Part shown: piece by piece, positions 1 through 12,577 of the stretch | Numbering within the stretch: position 1 is the stretch's first letter | Layout of the letters: each line of letters opens with the position of its first letter | Assembly (NCBI RefSeq): GCF_009914755.1 | Contig: NC_060927.1 | Strand: one strand, 5' to 3' | Length of the DNA: 64,000 bases | From: the human T2T-CHM13v2.0 reference genome, Homo sapiens | Notes under the pieces: model-generated | Databases searched by the model: none | Told to the model about the DNA's origin: nothing | The model's input: the letters and a program-made list of their open reading frames with translations, nothing else | Translations under genes and position numbers: made by a program

Positions 1-1335
1 TCTAGTATTATCATTCTTGTGTGCAGAAGCAGAGCTTTTGTCTGCGCAGCCCAGAGGGTGGGCATATAATTTTCTGGAAATTTCATAGCTTGATTATTAC
101 CTGAGCCCACATCAAATAAACCAGAATCCGTGCTCCCATGGGGACCCGTAATCTTTTAATCAAACATCTATCCCAGTTAGGAGAGTTGGAAAATAAGCAT
201 CTCCACTCAAGGCGGAATCCCAGTTCTATTATCAGCTTGGTACCACAGGGACCCTTCCAAGAGTCACACATAAGTAAGCAAACCACCAAGAGCCTGTGCC
301 CTGCATGCCACCACAGAGATACCTTCTGGAGTGTCAGAAGAGTGACACCAAAAACCTGAGCTATGCCAGATGTTGAGGGTTAGTGGGGGAGATCAACGGG
401 ACCAAAGGTGGGGGGGAGGTAGAGAAGCCTTACTTCATTTTGGAGAGCCTTCCCCAAACATGAAGATCCCAATTCAGGGATCTGTGACACACCAGGCAAT
501 CAGTGCTTCCAGATGTTTTCTGGTCTCAAAGGCAGGGCAGATGAAAAGAAGAGAAGAACATTGGAGATAGTGCCACTTCTGAGGAGAAGCTCCCTGGTTC
601 ATCCTGCGAAAGTATTTCTTTCTCTACTCAAGAGCTTGAAGGGGGCGGGTTGTGGGGGGCAGCGAGAAAAGACTTTTCTCCTTCCAGAGAAAAATGGAGA
701 CAGAGCAGGCATAAATGATTTCCATCATGGGGAACTGATGATTTGAGAAGATATTTGCCCTATGCAGATAATGTCAGAGGAAGTCAAAGGTATAGGGTTG
801 TTAGAGAGGGACACAACCAGGTACTAGGAAGTATTTTTTTCAAATGCCCATTTCTTAAAGATTTCAGCAGGCTTCTGGGAATGTCTGGCACCTTCTCCAT
901 ATAGCAAAACCAAGAGCATTTTGAGGGGATTGTTCTGGAACCCTTTCAAAGCTCCTGTTGTTGCAGACATTTGCAGATGTCTCCTCCATCTGCCAGGGAT
1001 TTTGAACACTGGGGACTGTAGCACCATGTGCTAGGAGCATGGATCCCTGTGAGCAGAGTCTAAGAGTTTGGTGTCTGATGTGCACCAAACACCACTTCCA
1101 CTTTCCCCACCCCAGTGGCCCCTGTCTTTCCACTTCTAGACTGTTCTGCTCTGCAGAGAGAGTCTAGGTGACTTTTTTGCTGGGAGAGAGGTCTCAATTT
1201 CTCCCTTTAAAAAAAACCACACAAGTTACTCTCATTTCCCTGGTTCCTTTGGAAGAAAATGTGCTGAACACTTGGTTCTCGCAAGTGGCCTCCTGCCTGC
1301 TTTTTGCACATTTAAGGGAGAAACAGAGCTTAAAT

Positions 1336-1559
1336 CAGGAGGCAGCAAACTTTGGCCTGTGGGCCAAATCCTACTGCTACCTATTTTAGTAAATAAAGTT
1401 TTATTAGAACATAGCCATACCCATTAATTTACTTGTTGACCCTAGCTACTTTTTAGCTACAAAGGCAGAGTTGAGTAGCTGCAACAGGGATTGTATGGAA
1501 TACAAAGGTGAAAGCATTTTCTATTCGGCCCCTTATGGAAAAAGTTTTCTAACTCCCTG
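1336..1559 (+). mobile_element. MER58A-like hAT-Charlie MITE
   Basis: Starts CAGGAGGCAGCAAACTTTGGCCTGTGGGCCAAATCC, internal AAATAAAGTTTTATTAGAACATAGCCA, ends AACTCCCTG; 8-bp GCTTAAAT flanks both ends (hAT-type TSD). Confidence 0.8.
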
Positions 1560-1729
1560 CTTAAATAAAGGAGACAGAGCAGCTAAATAAATGGATCAAA
1601 GCTGCTGAAACATGGGTCAGAGCAGCTGAAAAATAGGAACTTCAAAAATTAAAGGAGGACAACTAGATTTCTGATCCTGAGAGCAAAAAAGCAAGAGAAA
1701 TGGCTGGTTTGCAATACATGAAGGAATAC

Positions 1730-1955
1730 ATACTGGGTACTTTTCATGTGCCTGACTACTGTGCCAAGCACTTTACATACATTCTCTCTTTTAAATTCTA
1801 CAAGTGAGGTATATTACTGTCATCATTTTACAGCTGTGAAAACTGAGGCCTGGAGATGTTGAGTCACTTGCTCTGGTCATCCAGCTGATAAGTGGTAGGG
1901 TGAGAATTGGAACACAGGGGTGACTTTAGAGCCCAAAGTCTTGACCATGAGGCTA
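1730..1955 (-). mobile_element. MIR SINE
   Basis: Antisense MIR core CATTTTACAGCTGTGAAAACTGAGGC...GAGTCACTTGCTCTGGTCA. Confidence 0.75.
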
Positions 1956-3056
1956 TCCTGTTGACAGGCTCCATGTCATAGGAAACACGGAATGGCTGCT
2001 TTTTCAACTGCTCAAATCAGTGACACCCAAAGTCTTAGCATGGGCTGCAGCTACAGCAGGATCCCCAGAAACTGGGATTCCTTAAGTCTTTGGGAGGCCC
2101 CTGAAGTTGCACTGAAAATGTTCTGGTGCGAGGTGGGGAGGGGAAGACTTCACTGCCCAGTCATAATTGCTTCCCTTGGCCTCATTACTAGGTTTTAAGA
2201 GGAGGAAAACCTAATATTGCCAGTCACATTGCTGCTTGCTATTTTGAAAATGTGGTAGGGGATAAGGTTGAAACATCCAACATTTAACCCTGAAACTGGC
2301 ATACTAAATAACACTTTTTCACGTTTCTGCATGGTCTTTCATCCAAAACTCTCAGACGACTTCACAAGCAGTTACTATTTACTATTATATTACTCCCTTG
2401 GGAACTATAATGGAGTGTGGCTGCTTCGAGACTTGAAGAGTCCCTTTAAATTGTATAATTTTCTCCTGGCTCTTTCTGGCTAACGCATGCACTTCACTAA
2501 TATTTGAAAGAAAAAATGTTGTGAACCTATTTTTTGTTTGTTTGTTTAGATTGGCGTTTGCCTAAATTAGTATTTCACGCACAGCCTGGGTTCAAAAGAC
2601 TATTGTTTATGCTACTGGGCATAGTTAAAAGAAAGAAAAAATACCCTCCAGGGCAAACTAAAAGCTAAATAGCACTCGATCCACAATCTCCGTGTAAGGA
2701 CTGATGAGTGCCAAAACACAAGATCCACATTCAGTGTCAGCAGTAGGGGTGGTGGTTGCATGCTCAGCTTTTCATTTTCATGGGGAAGGTGGACATCTTC
2801 AGGTCCCATGAACCAAGAATTACATGTAAGTATAATCATTAAATGAGCACCAACTCTGTATGAGGAGCTGTATCGGTGGCCTCTAAAGGGTTAAGTGTGA
2901 AGACTAAAACTTCTGATTTGTACTTATTTTTAATCTCATCTTGTTAAATTATGCTTGGTTAAATTATTCTTTATAATGTACATATCATGTTCAATAATGC
3001 ATGACTAAGATATAATAAGCAGATATTCAACAATATTTAAATGCAGGGGTGTGTAG

Positions 3057-3365
<309 letters not shown>

Positions 3366-3939
3366 AAAACTAACTCTTTTACATGTCTTATCTCAGCATT
3401 TAAGCAGCACTAGACCCTCAAGAGTGGCAAACTGGATGCCTGGGTGGACCACCCACTCTGGTTAAGTGTCACCATGTGAAAATGAGGACCCAGTTTGTCC
3501 TAATCTTTAGGTTTTTTCAAGAGAAGCTGAAAGTTAATTTTTATGTGAAATCTTGTGATGTATGTGTGAAATCTCACTATATTTAAATACGGGAAACTTT
3601 GAAAGGCAAAACTGTGCTGGCCAAAAAACTCTACATCTGTGGGCCAGATTTGGCCCATGGACCGCTAGCTTTCAGTCTCTACGCTGGATGTTATATCAAG
3701 ATTTCTGTGGTTAAATAGATTTGCAAAATGCAACAGAATGGGATCTTTCTTCAATATTCTTGATGAAGATCAATACATTAAATGCTCGGAGAAGTCGTGT
3801 CAGAATGGAAACTATTTAGCTTGATTTAAATGACTGCTCCCCCAAATCACCAGTCTGTGTGTGCTCCTCACATTACAATAACCTGTAGAAGTGTGGTTGC
3901 TAAGTACACTGGGGAAAGCTGCATAAGTCCATTTGATCC

Positions 3940-4080
3940 TGCACCAGAAACTGTGAAAGGCAGGTACTGCTGTTATTATTCCCATTTTATGTGTGAAAAC
4001 AACTGAGGGTCTGCAAGGTTAAGAAAATTGCTCAGGCTCATATAGCCAGATGGGGGACAGGTGCTTCACTGACTTTAAAA
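3940..4080 (-). mobile_element. MIR fragment
   Basis: ATTATTCCCATTTTATGTGTGAAAACAACTGAGG...GGTTAAGAAAATTGCTCAGG. Confidence 0.6.
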
Positions 4081-4999
4081 CTGAAATGGTTTCTACTACA
4101 TTTCATGACTAGGTCCGCACCACCCCCACACCAAAAAAAAAGTGGATTTTGCTTTTTCTATGACTGGTACAATAACAATTTTAGGATTCAGGATGTTTAT
4201 GGTAGGATTGTTTTTTAAAAACCCCATGCTCTGTTGAAATATATCAAACGGCACTGGTTTCATCAGCCACATAGGCACAGAGGTCTCATTTTATAACCAT
4301 GAGCTCGGATGAACAACATCTCCCCTGGGGAGGCATTGTGGGTTCTCTCCCGATGCCCTGCCCTGCCCTGGGTAATCTGAGGCTCCTGGGCCCTTTTGGG
4401 ACCTTCCCCCAATCCTTCCCTCCCTCCCTGCACTGCATCACCTTTCTCCCCCACCAACACCCAACCCCAGCCCTGGTTTAGCTAGGCTTTGGCCATCTCC
4501 CTTTGTTGCCTCCACAGTGGGAGGGAACTGGAACAGGACAGGTCAGGGCTCCAGCCGTATGGGGAGGAGGTTTAGGGGACCTCGTGTGGAGACAAGACCC
4601 TGGAAACAGGCTTGGGGGGCTGGGGTGGGGTCAGGGTGAGAAGCAGTGAGAGAGGCCTGAAATGCGGCCTGGCCCCTCTCATACCATTTGGGCACCTGAC
4701 GCAGAATGAGGGCTGCCATTTGGACAGGCTTGAGCCAAACCCCATTCCTGGGAGTGAGGCATCCCTGCTGTGTCTGAAAGACCCCACAGAGGATCTTTCA
4801 TCCCCAAAAGGGAATTCACTGCTTTCTTGGCAATCACTTCCAGGCTTAACTAACTACCCTTAACAGGAGAAAGTTCATTCTCAGCTGCAACAGAAACTCT
4901 TCCTGCTTTGTTTTTCTTCAGTACCTCTCCAGAGACCCAGGAGGGATGGGTGTCTCTGCCCTCCATATTTTAACCTCTGATGAAATGGAGTGCAACAGA

Positions 5000-5790
5000 G
5001 CAGAGTAACTAAGAGCATTACACAGAGCTAAGTTTGACTCTCAGAGCATTCACAGGCTGTGTGACCTTGGGCAAGTTATGTAGCATCTCTGAACCTCAAT
5101 TTCCTCATCTGTAAAATGGGGTGAAACACAGAATGTCTAAGAGAAACAGAAGCATACATCCATATAAAAACTTGCACATAAGTATTCATAGCAGCGTTAT
5201 TTGTAATAGCCCCAAAGTGGAAACAACTCAAATATCTATTAAGTGATGAGTGGATAAACAAAATGTGGTATGTCCATACAATGACTACTATGCAGCTATC
5301 AAAAAGAATGAAGTACTGATACATGTTCCAACATAGATGAATTTTGGAAACATGCTCAGTGAAAGAAGTCAGATGCAAAGGATGACATATTGTGTAATTC
5401 TGTTTATATAAAATGCCCAGAACAGGCAAATCTATAGATAGGAAACAGATCAGAGTTGTCTAGGGTTGTAGGGAGGGGGAAACGGGGAAATGACTGCTAA
5501 TGCATATGGGATTTCCTTTTGGGTGATGAAATGTTCTAACATTGACTATGGTGATGACTACAAACTCTGTGATATACTTCAATATATTCACTGAATATAA
5601 TCCACTGAATTGTATATTTTAAATTGGTGAATTGTATGGTATGTGAATTATATCTCAATAAAACTATATTTTTTTAAAGGGATACAAAACCCATAGTACC
5701 TACATCATAGAGGCTATTGTGAAAATTCAATAATATAATGCCTCGAAAGTGTCTAGCATAGCATCTGACAAGCAATCGATGTTATCTTCA
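5000..5790 (+). mobile_element. MIR split by an L1MB-like 3' fragment (L1 at about 5130-5665)
   Basis: MIR core GCTGTGTGACCTTGGGCAAGTTA...CATCTGTAAAATGGGG breaks at about 5125; L1M 3' end (AGCAGCGTTATTTGTAATAGCCCCAAAGTGGAAACAAC...TATCTCAATAAA); MIR resumes ATAGTACCTACATCATAGAGGCTATTGTG. Confidence 0.75.
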
Positions 5791-6077
5791 ACAACAATAT
5801 TAGTAATAATAAAAATATGTAGTTATATCTTATAGTATCATATAAAACAATAATTATATGATACACAATATTCCGTGTAACTATATGTTAAGTCTATATT
5901 ATCATAAAATAATTATAAAAATAATATTTTTTTTCACCCTCTGTCTCTTCCTCCTCTTAAAACTTTGATTCTGGGTTGATCCTCCAATTTTTTTTAACAT
6001 TATCAAAATTACTTTTGAACATTTTGAATGTTATATATATTACCTAATATATACAACGTATCTATCATAGTATATTA

Positions 6078-6125
6078 TATATTATGTATAGACACATTAT
6101 GTATAATGTGTCTATACATAATATA
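6078..6125. repeat. Perfect inverted repeat, 23-bp arms and 2-nt loop
   Basis: TATATTATGTATAGACACATTAT-GT-ATAATGTGTCTATACATAATATA. Confidence 0.95.
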
Positions 6126-6132
6126 GACAGGA

Positions 6133-6357
6133 CCCGATCCCCACAGCTTGAGACAATCAATGTGGTGTTCAGAAACAGAACTAAAAGGGCATATTTTCCT
6201 GGAGACACGTTGGCTCAACGTGAAATTCCCCTGTAGCCTCAGTTTCCCTCAAGGCCTGCTAACCAGAGACCTGAAGGTGGATTACTATCCAATTTTACTT
6301 GCTATTGGCTGGACAAATCTCCCTGTTCATTTGTTGTATCAATAAATTAGGGTGGAA
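6133..6357 (+). repeat. 225-bp direct repeat, copy 1 (likely the derived insert)
   Basis: Matches 7238-7462 with 11 substitutions and no indels by manual alignment. Confidence 0.97.
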
Positions 6358-6679
6358 TGTTAGACACATTATGTGTCTATACATAAATATATAATACTAT
6401 GATAACTGTGATATATCTTTATGGGATTATTACTATACATTGTCATATGTAATAATATATATTACGTGCCATATAATACATTCAGTTGTATAATATACAA
6501 TTATTATGAAATATGATAGTAGTAGTAGTGTTCACCCTATGACTGGTCTTTCTTTTAACCTTTCTGAATTTGGAATGGTTTCTCCAATTCTTTGAACCTT
6601 TGCTGGCCCCTGATATATTTGGAAAGAAAATTGCTCTGAATTTGGAGAAATTAAATTACAGTAATGACTCTAATTCAAC

Positions 6680-7170
6680 TGCCTCGTGTAGCTCAGGCTG
6701 GAAGATAGAAAAAATATCCCAGGCCGCTCCTACGGCTGCTCCTGGGAGCCCTGTGAGGGGGCCAGGAGGAGGTGGGGGACACGCCGCTGAGGGTCCCGGC
6801 GACACGCCAGGGGGCCCCCCGATGCGGATAAAGGGCTGTTTCTTCCCAGCCTCTTTGGAATGCCCGGCTGCCTTTTGAAAGGGGATCCCCAGGACTCCGG
6901 TCCAGATCTGGGGTTTCTCCCTCCTTGCTGTTGATCGGGAGCGCTGCCGCAGGTGTCCCATTTTCATTAAAATGCACATCAGAGCGCCTACTGGAGCTGG
7001 TAACAAAGACAACATTGAAACCGGGTGTCCGCCTTCCGCGGCCAAGCAGGGGGCAGGACAATGATTTCCCCAGGATGTGTTCGCTGCCTGGCTTCCCCAC
7101 AGAGCGCTCCGTCAGGACTCAGTCATGGGTGAATGCCGGGCTTCTGAGAAACTCCAGCTGAGCGGAGTTG
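6680..7170. promoter_or_regulatory. CpG-enriched GC-rich segment; candidate promoter/enhancer/CTCF site
   Basis: About 25 CpGs in about 490 bp (manual count) in non-repeat DNA within a CpG-depleted window; CTCF-like motifs at 6804-6817 and 7043-7056; SOX-like AACAAAG and ACAATG. Confidence 0.6.
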
Positions 7171-7237
7171 TTGCAACTTCAGAACTGTTTCTCCAAGTGA
7201 GGGAGGAGGCCTTCTGGAAGGAGGCAATCAACAGTTT

Positions 7238-7462
7238 CCCGATCCCCACAGCTTGAGACAGTCAGTGTGGTTTTCAGAAACAGAACTAAAAGGGCATATT
7301 TTCCTGGAGACACGTTGGCTGGATCTGAAATTCCCCTGTAGCCTCAGTTTCCCTCAAGGCCTGCTACCCAGAAACCTGAAGGTGGATTACTATCCAATTT
7401 CATTTGCTATTGGCTGGACAAATCTCCCTGTTCATTTGTTGTATCAATAAATTAGGGTGGAA
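7238..7462 (+). repeat. 225-bp direct repeat, copy 2 (likely donor)
   Basis: Embedded in ordinary unique sequence next to the CpG-rich segment; contains CCAAT and ATTGG. Confidence 0.97.
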
Positions 7463-7642
7463 AAAAAGGAAATAGTCTTACTTTGCAGATATCTTTGGGG
7501 TGCTTGGAGGTTGTACCTGATATGGTAAAAACTTTCTTATAATGAAATTTATGTACGTGTGTGTTTGGGGGGAAAAGGAATATATTTATGAAAGTTTTTT
7601 TTTTTTTTTTTTTCAGAGAGACTGCTAGAAATAGTCATTTAG

Positions 7643-8224
<582 letters not shown>

Positions 8225-8679
8225 TAGAGATATTAAGTGACTTTTTCCAAGGTCACACAGCCAGATAGCCACAAAGCTTTACCATTGTCATCATCCACGG
8301 AGGCTGGTTCCAAAGATGGTGGCTTCTTCGGTGTGAAGTTTGGGGACTAGAACTCCTTTGCTGTGCTGCCTGAGATGCTCCATGGAGCCATTTTTCTCTG
8401 GGATTCTACCATCTTCTCAGAGTGCTGCCAGGAAGTTGAACCCTGGTCCTTCTTCCTGCTGGCCCCATAGGACCCTTCTTCATGCCTCTCCAAGCCCACT
8501 CTCAACTGCTACCCTCTTTGCCTCTGCCCTTAAAAAGACAGGCTAACTCTGCTTTCTGCTCTGCCACAAAATTTAGTTGGGGCTCAGAAGCCCAGAACCT
8601 GCTACCTGCTTAAATGAGGGGAAGAGTAAGGGGAAAATGTATATATAGAGAAAAAAATAATGAATATGTCAAACTATTC

Positions 8680-10262
8680 TTCCCTAGGAGAGGAATAGCT
8701 AGGTCATATGGTTAGTGTATGTGTAACTTTCTAGGAAACTGCCAAAGTGTTTTCCAAAGTGGCTGTGCGATTTTGCATTCCGATCTGCAATATATGAGAG
8801 TTCCAGTTGCTCTGTATCCTTGTCAGCAGTATTGTCAGTTTTTTAAAAACGCACTTCAGTACCCGTGTGGTGGAATCTCATTGTGGTTTTTATTTCATTT
8901 CCCTAATGTCTAACAGGGTTTTGTCTCTTTTTATGGGCTTATTTGCCATCTGTAGATCTGCTTTAATGCAGTGTCTGTTCAAACCTTTTGCCCATTTTTA
9001 AACTGGATTGTTTTCTTATGATTGAGTTTTGACAGTTCTTTATATATAGTCATGTGCCACATGACAACATTTTAGTCAATGACGGACTGCCTATACGACG
9101 GTGGTCCCGTAAGAATATAATGAAGCTGAAAAATTCCTATTGCCTAGTTAGGTCATGGCCATCCTAGCATTGTAGTGCAATGCATTATTCACATGTTTGT
9201 GTCGAGGCTGGTGTAAACAAAGCTACTGGGCTGCCCCTTGTATAAAGTCTAGCACATAAAATTATGTGCAGTACATAATACTTGATAATAAATGACTATA
9301 TTACTGGTTTATATATTTAATATACTATACTTATTATTATCATTTTAGAGTATACTCCTACTTTAAAACAAATTTAACTGTGAAACACTTTCAGGCAGGT
9401 CCTTCAGGAGGTATTCCGAAGGCATTGTCAGCATAGGAGATGACAGCTCCCTGCATGTTATTGCCACTGAAGACCTTCCAGTGGGACAAGATGTGGAGGT
9501 GGAAGACAGTGATATTGATGATCTTGACCCTGTGTAGGCCTAGGGTGTGTTTGTGTCTTAGTTTTTAATAAGAAACGTTTAAGGACTACAAATGTAGTTT
9601 TTAAAATAGGAAAAAAGCTTATAGAATAAGGATATAAAGAAAATATTTTTGTACAGCTTTACAAAAAGCCAAAAGGTTACAGTATGCTAAAGTTAATTTA
9701 TTAGTGAAGAATGAAAAACATTTTTAATAAGTTTAGTGTAGCCTTAGTGTACAGTGTTTATAAAGTCTACAGTGTATAAAGCATACAGTCATGTCCTAGG
9801 CCTTCACATTCATTCACCACTCACTCACTGACTCACCCAGAGAAACTTCCAGTCCTGCAAGCTCCTTTCATGGTAAGTGCACGACACAGGTGTACCACTG
9901 TTTCTCCTTTATACTATAGTTTTACTGTGTCTTTTCTATATTTAGGTGTGTTCAGATACACAAATGCTTACCATTGTGTTACAATTGTCTAGGGTATTCA
10001 GGATAGTAACATGCTGTACAGGTTTGAGCCAAGGAACAATGGGCTGTAGCATATAGCCTTGGTGTGTAGTAGGCTATACCATCTAGGTTTGTGGAGGTAC
10101 ACTCTATGATGCCTGCACATTGACAAAATCACCTAGCAACATGTTTCTCAGATGTAGCCCCACTATTAAGTGGCACATGACTGTATTCTGGTTACAAGTC
10201 CTTTATCAGATATGTGTTTCATATACGGTTTCTCCCAGTCTGTGGCTTGTCTTTTCATTGTT
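8680..10262 (-). mobile_element. Old L1M fragment (antisense) split by Tigger3
   Basis: AGGAAACTGCCAAAGTGTTTTCCAAAGTGGCTG...GTTCTTTATATA | TTCTGGTTACAAGTCCTTTATCAGATATG rejoin across the Tigger3 insertion. Confidence 0.75.
9047..10183 (-). mobile_element. Tigger3b/MER7B-like non-autonomous DNA transposon
   Basis: TIRs TAGTCATGTGCCAC / GTGGCACATGACTG, TA target duplication, about 1.14 kb, characteristic internal sequence. Confidence 0.85.
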
Positions 10263-10369
10263 GTTCGAAGTGTAGCTACTTTCTTCTCTGCATCTCAAAG
10301 CTGCCGGACTGTTTTATTCTCTCCTCACCACCGATCACTTTCTGAAATGATTTTGTTTACTACAGACAC

Positions 10370-10495
10370 CCCCTTACCAGATTGCAAGTTCCACAAGGCC
10401 AGTGACCTCACCTATCTGAATCACCACTGTATTCTCAAGACTTAGATCTGTGCCTGGCACGTAGTAGGCACACAAGAAATAATTGTTGAATAAAC
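10370..10495 (+). mobile_element. L2 3' end
   Basis: GTGCCTGGCACGTAGTAGGCACACAAGAAATAATTGTTGAATAAA. Confidence 0.65.
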
Positions 10496-10509
10496 AGTGA
10501 TAACATCCA

Positions 10510-11125
10510 CTAACAGGAAAACAGTTTGGAGATTTCTCAAAGGACTAAAACTAGAACCACCATTCGACCCAGCAATCCCATTACTGGGTATATGCCCAAA
10601 GGAAAAGAAATCATTCTACAAGAAAGATACATGCACTCATATGTTAATCACAGCACTATTGACAATAACAAAGACATGGAATCAACCTGGGTGCCCATCA
10701 GTGGTGGACTGGATAAAGAAAATGTGGTACATATACACCATGGAATACCTCATAGCCATAAAAATACACCATGGAATACCTCATAGCCATAAAAAAGGAT
10801 GAAACCATGTCATTTGCAGCAACGTGGATGCAAGCTGGAGGCCATTATCCTAAGATATTAATGCAGAAACAGAAAACCAAATATAGCATGTTCTCATAAG
10901 TGGAAGCTAAACATTGGGTACACAGGGACATACAGATGGGAACAATTGATAGTGGGGACTACAGGTGTCTATTGACAGGAGAGAGGGAGGGAGACAAGGA
11001 CTGAAAAACTTGTCTACTGGGTACTATGTTCACTATCTGAGTGACCCAAACCTTAGCATCATGCAATATTATACCTAGGTAACAAACCTGTATATGTACC
11101 CCTGAATCTAAAATAAAAGTTGAAA
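10510..11125 (+). mobile_element. L1 (L1MA/L1PB-like) 3' fragment
   Basis: ORF 10497-10802 resembles the ORF2 C-terminus (VWRFLK...PFDPAIPLLGI...WIKKMWYIYTMEY); 3' end CCCCTGAATCTAAAATAAAAGTTG. Confidence 0.88.
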
Positions 11126-11321
11126 TTTTCGAAAGGATGCAGTTTAAAAAAAAATAGTGTAAAAGTAATACGAGAACTTTTAGCACTACCTCTTCAATTT
11201 TTATGTTAATTCAAATCTGTTCTACACAATGTCTATTAATTTTTTTAAACCTGGCAGCGCTGTTTCAGAAAAAGATCCATGTTAGCTAACGTCTAACAGT
11301 TAGATAAATTTCTGAACATTG

Positions 11322-11679
<358 letters not shown>

Positions 11680-11939
11680 CTAAATATTAAAAATTGTCAG
11701 TATAGCTATATGTCTGTAGTTGTAGCACTACTGATTGACTTAAATTTGCACACATGAAATAAAAGAATACAGTATAGCAAAAAACAAAAGAAAACAACAA
11801 AACCAAAACATCTGCTAATACCTCCTGAGGGCTTATTAGGCTCTAGGTACTCTGCTGTTTACTTCTCATGGTTTACATCATCTAACCCTCAGAGTAACAC
11901 TATTAGGTAGCTTCTATTATTACTTCTACTTAATAAGGA

Positions 11940-12577
11940 TGTGATAATAATAACAAAGGCTGTGCTGTTTGGAGCTCTTAGCTCCAAATCTACCATCCTC
12001 TGCCATCATGTGATGCTGGAGCTGATACTCTACAAACCTAATTTCTGTTTTGCCAGCTGCTCTTTGTTAGGTCACCAGTAAGGGGCACTAGAGGGAGCTT
12101 GCAGGATGGAGAGAAAAGGGACTTGTTCTTCTTGGTCTGGCTTGCTATTACTGTCGGGATCTCTCTAGCATCAGGGGTTTAAAGCTGGCAAGTCCTTGGT
12201 TCCAGGAGTAGTAGCTCGTTCCAAGTTGCAGTTTTTCCCACTATCAGAACCAGGTGCATCAAACTCTCTCAGAGATGCCAACACCAGCAGGTATCCCCTC
12301 CTCAAAAGCCTAAGATCCAGCATTGTGGGGTCCCTCTCCCAAGTCTTTTACCTTCTCTTCCCGTTTCTACCCCCATCTCTCTCTTTTAAGGTTTTCTGTT
12401 ACGTTTTAACAATCCTGACCTCTTTGTCCCTCCAACAGCTGGGGTGGTAGCAGCTTCCTGCGATTACTTCCTGTGGGATACTCTGGGCTCCTTTTTTGCC
12501 TTTTCAGTTTTCTAAGACATGTTTAATAATACTTGGTGTTAAACTCTAATACAATAAGTGGGATCTTGACTAACACA
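11940..12577. mobile_element. ERVL LTR (LTR41/LTR33-like) inserted in a MIR
   Basis: TG...CA ends; TTTGCCAGCTG..TGTTAGG..CCAGTAAGGGGCACTAGAGGGAG motif; MIR core resumes GGAAACTGAG at 12578. Confidence 0.55.
12075..12098 (+). promoter_or_regulatory. Two overlapping CTCF-like motifs
   Basis: CCAGTAAGGGGCAC and GCACTAGAGGGAGC versus consensus CCASYAGRKGGCRC. Confidence 0.5.

Larger units (their letters stand above)
5790..6530. repeat. AT-rich low-complexity tract interrupted by a 225-bp duplicated insert
   Basis: TA-rich degenerate sequence with embedded palindromes. Confidence 0.8.

Noticed and set aside
6570-7161. Overlapping 78-135 aa ORFs in the GC-rich segment
   Set aside because: Open on both strands because of high GC; low-complexity Pro/Gly/Ala content with no domain
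6148-7450. Twin 65-aa ORFs (6148-6345 and 7253-7450) as a duplicated micro-gene
   Set aside because: Both start at TTG, most differences are non-synonymous, and no family is recognisable; frame retention follows from a recent indel-free duplication
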